From assembly GCA_965279525.1 (NCBI GenBank), contig CBDIIB010000003.1:416001-480000 (forward strand): a stretch of 64,000 nt of DNA, given 5' to 3'. The notes beneath the pieces were generated by a model. It worked only from the letters and a program-made list of their open reading frames with translations, had not been told where the DNA came from and ran no database searches. Origin of the DNA: Tagaea sp. Its GTDB lineage: Bacteria > Pseudomonadota > Alphaproteobacteria > CACIAM-22H2. The position numbers were made by a program, and so were the translations under genes. Below are positions 59,738 through 64,000 of the stretch, one piece after another; position 1 is the stretch's first letter; each line of letters begins with the position of its first letter.

Positions 59738-60534
59738 AGCCGGTCGCGACCCTGTCGTGGATTCCGGCCGCACTCGCCGCCGGGTTCGCGTTTCTCTACC
59801 TGCCGATCCTGATCCTCGTGATCTACAGCTTCAACGAAAGCCGGCTCGTGACGGTCTGGGCTGGCTTCTCGACCCGCTGGTACGCCGAACTCCTCGGCAA
59901 TCTGCGCATGCTGGAAGCGGCGGGACTCAGCCTCGGCGTTGCCGCTGCTGCAGCCTGCCTGTCGACCGGGATAGGGACACTTGCCGGTTACGCGCTCGGG
60001 CGTCTCGGCCGTTTCCGGTTCCGGGCGGTCTTCACGATGCTTCTCCTCGCGCCGATGGTCCTTCCCGAGGTGATCCTGGGCCTGTCGATGCTGATGGCCT
60101 TTTCGGCGCTGGACCGCTTGATCGGCTGGCCGGCGGATCGGGGGTTCCTGGTCATTGCGCTGGCGCACGCCACCTACGGCACCGCATTTGTTGCGGTCAT
60201 CGTGGAGGCCCGTCTGCGGGGGCTTGATCCCGCCCTCGAAGAAGCGGCGCTCGACCTCGGCGCCGGCCCGCTGCGCGCGTTCTTTCGTATAACGCTTCCG
60301 CTCCTGTGGCCGGCTGTCGCGGCAGGCTGGCTGCTGGCATTTACCCTATCGCTTGATGATCTGGTGATCGCGAGTTTCGTTTCCGGGCCCGGTGCTACAA
60401 CCATTCCAATGCTGGTCTATTCGAGCGTTCGCCTCGGGCTTTCGCCTCAAATAAATGCACTGGCGAGCGTGATGATCGCTGTCGTCGCAGTCCTGGCATT
60501 TTTCGGCACGCGCCCCGCCAAAATCAGGGCGTAG
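59734..60534 (+). CDS. potI: Polyamine ABC permease
   Basis: FLYLPILILVIYSFN, LEEAALDLGA, FTLSLDD. Confidence 0.85.
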   Translation: MKPVATLSWIPAALAAGFAFLYLPILILVIYSFNESRLVTVWAGFSTRWYAELLGNLRMLEAAGLSLGVAAAAACLSTGIGTLAGYALGRLGRFRFRAVFTMLLLAPMVLPEVILGLSMLMAFSALDRLIGWPADRGFLVIALAHATYGTAFVAVIVEARLRGLDPALEEAALDLGAGPLRAFFRITLPLLWPAVAAGWLLAFTLSLDDLVIASFVSGPGATTIPMLVYSSVRLGLSPQINALASVMIAVVAVLAFFGTRPAKIRA

Positions 60535-60546
60535 TTTGTCCCACAC

Positions 60547-60555
60547 TTATCCACA
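60547..60555 (+). promoter_or_regulatory. DnaA box
   Basis: Perfect TTATCCACA in AT-rich intergenic DNA. Confidence 0.55.
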
Positions 60556-60771
60556 GTGTGTGTCTTTCGCAAAATCAGAATCAATTTTGATTCAGTCGGT
60601 TGAGGACAATAATTCGAGTGAAGTGTCGACTGTCGAGCAGGTGATCTTATTTCCGAAAGTTTGGCCAAAGGCTTGCTTGAACGGGCACTGGTGAATCGGC
60701 ATCATCCGCCGTCCAAAAGAAGAATCCGACGTCAACTACTACAGGTTGGCGATCGTCCGTATGCATGAACA

Positions 60772-62118
60772 GTGGAAGTCGAAGCGGAGCCGATGCAGCA
60801 ACACGAACGAAACCGTCGGAAGGGGACTTGGCTCGGTCGGCTCGATTCGCGGCTGTTTCGTCGGCGCGAAATGCTCATCCGGACCGACGGTCAGGTCCGG
60901 CTGGTTTCGATCTCCTCCCGGGCGCAGCGCGTCGCGGTCGTCCTCGTCGCTATCGCCATGTCGACGGGCGCACTTGCAGTCGACAGCTACCGGACGGCAC
61001 TGGTCGAGATCGAGCAGCGGGCTCTCGACGTCGTGCGTCTGCAGGACGACCACCGCACGCGACTGGAAGAGCTTGGAGAGGCGCTGGCCCGCGCGACGGA
61101 GCGTGGCCGTGCGGAGGCTGCCGAGGCGGTTGCCGGACTCATCGAGCAACGCAACCGGCTGACCGAGCGGATGGTCGAGATCGAACAAGGTCTTGCGGCC
61201 GCGGAGAACGAGCGCGAGCGGGCTTTGACGACGCATGAAGGCCTGATGGAGCGGCTGCGCGGGGTCGAGGCGAGATTGGCCGGCCGTGCACCTGATGCCG
61301 CCAGTGCCGCAGACCGCGTCGCGGCGATGGAACGCGTCCGGATCGAGGCGCTCTCGGAACGCGGACGGCTTGCCGTCGAGGCGCGCCGCCTTGCCATCGA
61401 GCATCGCGCGACGACGGGTGATCTTGCCAGCTTGCGCGCGGTCGACCGCGATGTGGCCCGCGCGCAGGATGCGGCACTTGCCGAGATTTCCGGTAGCACC
61501 CTTGCGCAGATCGACGAGATCGTACGCGTGCTTCGCGCGGCGGGCATCCAGACCGAGCGCATCCTCGGCGGTCGCGGCGGCAGTGCTGGCGGCCCGTTCG
61601 TTGTGCCGGCGGCCGACCGGAAGAGCGCAGATCCGAGCCTTCAACTTGCCTCCCTCGGCACCGACCTCGAGCGTCTGCGCGACATGCGCGCCGCACTGCG
61701 CCGACTGCCGTTGCGCGCCCCGCTCGACACGTTTGCCGTGATGAGCCCGTTCGGGATGCGCCGGGACCCCTTCAACGGGCAGCTGGCCATGCACGGCGGC
61801 ATCGACCTTTCGGCACCCACCCGTACGCCCGTGATGGCGACCGCCGCAGGAAAGATCGTGACGGCCGGCTGGAACGGCGAGTACGGCAACATGGTCGAAA
61901 TCGAGCATGATTTCGGCCTTTCGACCCGCTATGGTCACCTGACGCGGATCGATGTCCGGGTCGGCCAAAGGGTCGAGCGCCGCCAGACGGTGGGGCTGCT
62001 CGGTTCGACCGGCCGAAGCACCGGTCCGCATGTACATTATGAAGTTCTCGTCGATGGCCGTCCGGTCGATCCGGCCCGTTTCTTGGAGGCTGCACGCCAT
62101 GTTCGGAAAGTCGAATAA
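60772..62118 (+). CDS. Coiled-coil M23 endopeptidase (LmdC-like)
   Basis: N-terminal TM, long coiled coil, HGGID (HxxxD) and STGPHVH (HxH); start uncertain (60772 or 60793). Confidence 0.88.
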   Translation: MEVEAEPMQQHERNRRKGTWLGRLDSRLFRRREMLIRTDGQVRLVSISSRAQRVAVVLVAIAMSTGALAVDSYRTALVEIEQRALDVVRLQDDHRTRLEELGEALARATERGRAEAAEAVAGLIEQRNRLTERMVEIEQGLAAAENERERALTTHEGLMERLRGVEARLAGRAPDAASAADRVAAMERVRIEALSERGRLAVEARRLAIEHRATTGDLASLRAVDRDVARAQDAALAEISGSTLAQIDEIVRVLRAAGIQTERILGGRGGSAGGPFVVPAADRKSADPSLQLASLGTDLERLRDMRAALRRLPLRAPLDTFAVMSPFGMRRDPFNGQLAMHGGIDLSAPTRTPVMATAAGKIVTAGWNGEYGNMVEIEHDFGLSTRYGHLTRIDVRVGQRVERRQTVGLLGSTGRSTGPHVHYEVLVDGRPVDPARFLEAARHVRKVE

Positions 62119-62530
62119 GCCCGTCACAGACGTCCGCGCGGCGAAGGCAAGCGGTCCGGCCGTTCCGTCGATCATCTCGGCAAGCCTGTCGATCAAGGGC
62201 GATATCGTCTGCGAAGGCGATATCCAGCTCGACGGGCGCGTCGAAGGCGTCATCCGCACGAAATCGCTGACCATCGGCGCGTCCGGGGAAGTGCGCGGCG
62301 AGATCACGGCCGAGCGCGTGCGGATCCTGGGCAAGGTTTTCGGCCCGATCCGGGCCAAGTCGATCGATCTGGGGCGCAGTGCCCAGGTTGTCGGCGACAT
62401 CCGCTACGAGACGCTGACGGTCGAACAGGAAGCCCAGGTCGACGGGCATATCCAGCGCATCGAAGACGCGTCGGGTGCCGGGCGCGAAGCGGCTCCGCTC
62501 GCACTCGTTCACGATCTCGGCAAAAAGTAG
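62099..62530 (+). CDS. Bactofilin (polymer-forming cytoskeletal protein)
   Basis: MFGK N-terminal membrane-targeting motif; SIISASLSIKGDI...VEG...VRGEI...VVGDI beta-helix repeats. Confidence 0.9.
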   Translation: MFGKSNKPVTDVRAAKASGPAVPSIISASLSIKGDIVCEGDIQLDGRVEGVIRTKSLTIGASGEVRGEITAERVRILGKVFGPIRAKSIDLGRSAQVVGDIRYETLTVEQEAQVDGHIQRIEDASGAGREAAPLALVHDLGKK

Positions 62531-62536
62531 CCCCGT

Positions 62537-63316
62537 CTAGACGAGCGCCTGCGTGTCGCCATCCACCGACAGGGCTTGACCGGAAATATTGCGACCACCA
62601 ACGCCTGCCAGGAAAACGGCCAGTCGCGCGATATCGTCCGCCTCGACCATACGACCGAGCGAGGCCTGGCGGGTGTAGAGCGCCTCCATCTCGTCGACGG
62701 GGACACCGGTCGAGGCGGCTTTCGCCTGGATCACCCGCCGGATGCGCGGTCCGTCAACCGCACCCGGCAGGATCGCGTTGACCCGGATGTTGTCCGGGCC
62801 GAGTTCGACGGCAAGGCTCTTGGTGAAGCCCACGACGGCCCATTTGCTCGCCGAGTAGGGCGTGCGATGGGCGAAGCCGAACTTCCCGGCGGCCGATGAC
62901 ATGTTGATGATGGTGCCGCCGCCGCTGGCGCGCAGCAGCGGAACGGCGCGCCGCGCGCAGAGGAACTGGGCGTCGATGTTGATTTCCATCGTGTGACGCC
63001 AGTCGTCGGGAGACAGCGTCTCGACCGGTCCCGTCGGCCCGGCCACGCCGGCATTGTTGACGAGCACGTCGAGCCCGCCGAGCGTGTCGATCACGTCCTC
63101 GAAAAGCTCGTCGACGTCGTCTTCGTCCGAAACGTCGCACTCGAGCGCTTCGTGACCGGGCAGCTCCTGGCGAAAGCGGGCCAGTGCGGCTTCGTCGACA
63201 TCGCAGACGACAACGCGTGCGCCGGCGCCGGCGAAGGCACCTGCGATGGCGCGGCCGATGCCGGCGGCACCCGCAGTGACGAGCACGCGAAGATCGCGGC
63301 AGGATTGATCGGTCAT
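62537..63316 (-). CDS. Short-chain dehydrogenase/reductase
   Basis: VTAGAAGIG, LVNNAG, YSASK, VNAILPG. Confidence 0.92.
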   Translation of the reverse strand: MTDQSCRDLRVLVTAGAAGIGRAIAGAFAGAGARVVVCDVDEAALARFRQELPGHEALECDVSDEDDVDELFEDVIDTLGGLDVLVNNAGVAGPTGPVETLSPDDWRHTMEINIDAQFLCARRAVPLLRASGGGTIINMSSAAGKFGFAHRTPYSASKWAVVGFTKSLAVELGPDNIRVNAILPGAVDGPRIRRVIQAKAASTGVPVDEMEALYTRQASLGRMVEADDIARLAVFLAGVGGRNISGQALSVDGDTQALV

Positions 63317-63365
63317 GATGGTCCCCCTGTGCAGCTTGTGTCGTCGGCGGCTACACTCGCCCGAT

Positions 63366-64000
63366 ATGGCGTCTGGAGATACCACGCGCGGGCTTGTGCG
63401 TCCCGCGGTTTCGGGTCGTGCCGGTGCGGCATTCGCGCGCGACCGCGAAGGCGTCGTGCGGCTGTCCGATCTCGAGCAGCGCGACCCGCTCAAGATCCTG
63501 TTTCCCGATCCGCTCGGCGAGCCGCAGCCGGTCGCCGTCCTCGTCAATACGGGTGGCGGTATCGTCGGGGGCGACAGTCTCGGAACGTCGATCGGGATCG
63601 GCGCCGGTGCGGCCGCACTTGTCGTCGGCCAGGCGGCCGAGAAGGTCTATCGCAGCTGGGGTCCCGACAGTGTCGTCGCCAACACGCTCGATGTCGGCGC
63701 GGGTGGTCGGCTTGAGTGGTTTCCGCAGGAAACGATCCTGTTCGACAAAGCAAGGCTCGACCGGCGTCTCGATATCGGGCTTGGCGACGGATCCGGGTTC
63801 CTGGGCGGCGAGATCGTTGTCTTCGCCCGGCGCGCGCGGGGCGAGTCGATGACCGGCGGCGCCTTGCGCGACCGATGGACGATCCGGCGGGGCGGGCAAA
63901 GGATCTGGGCCGACGCGTTCGTCGCGGACCCGCTCGACGATGCGCTGCTGGACCGGCCGGCGCTACTGGGCGGTGCTCGAGCGACGGCAACGATGGTCTG
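63366..64000 (+). CDS. ureD: Urease accessory protein UreD (partial, runs off window end)
   Basis: Manual translation: ...LEQRDPLKILFP...VLVNTGGGIVGGD...QAAEKVYRS...LEWFPQETILFD. Confidence 0.88.
   Translation, partial: MASGDTTRGLVRPAVSGRAGAAFARDREGVVRLSDLEQRDPLKILFPDPLGEPQPVAVLVNTGGGIVGGDSLGTSIGIGAGAAALVVGQAAEKVYRSWGPDSVVANTLDVGAGGRLEWFPQETILFDKARLDRRLDIGLGDGSGFLGGEIVVFARRARGESMTGGALRDRWTIRRGGQRIWADAFVADPLDDALLDRPALLGGARATATMV

Noticed and set aside
60535-60771. Possible oriC
   Set aside because: Only one clear DnaA box and no typical origin-flanking genes (hemE, dnaA, parAB)
1-64000. CRISPR array, tRNA/rRNA, prophage or defence genes
   Set aside because: No regularly spaced repeats, cloverleaf or rRNA-like sequence, or recognisable phage/defence proteins seen by eye

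Overview
High-GC alphaproteobacterial chromosomal segment (Rhodospirillales-like, judged from FliG, RpoH, the liv operon layout and the M23-bactofilin pair). It is dominated by nutrient scavenging. There are six ABC importers: AfuABC-like, livHMGF-K, a CUT1 carbohydrate/phosphodiester importer with three phosphodiesterase-fold genes, pstSCAB-phoU-phoB (pstB frameshifted), a dpp/opp-type system and potFGHI-like. There are also four amidase-signature enzymes including allophanate hydrolase, plus PuuE allantoinase, an MlrC-like peptidase, GGT and the start of ureD. The first 14 kb is more accessory: a chimeric IS3-family remnant, a TPR/O-GlcNAc transferase, MarR, an orphan fliG, an amidohydrolase bracketed by a perfect 13-bp inverted repeat, an RpoH paralogue and a LuxO-like activator with degenerate sigma-54 motifs. 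Readable regulatory sites include paired ATGTAAC-N5-TACAT operators, a Pho box, two PhaR-type boxes, a sigma-54 promoter, and a DnaA box with a GANTC cluster. No rRNA, tRNA, CRISPR array or intact prophage was seen. All family calls come from motif recognition by eye, not database searches.
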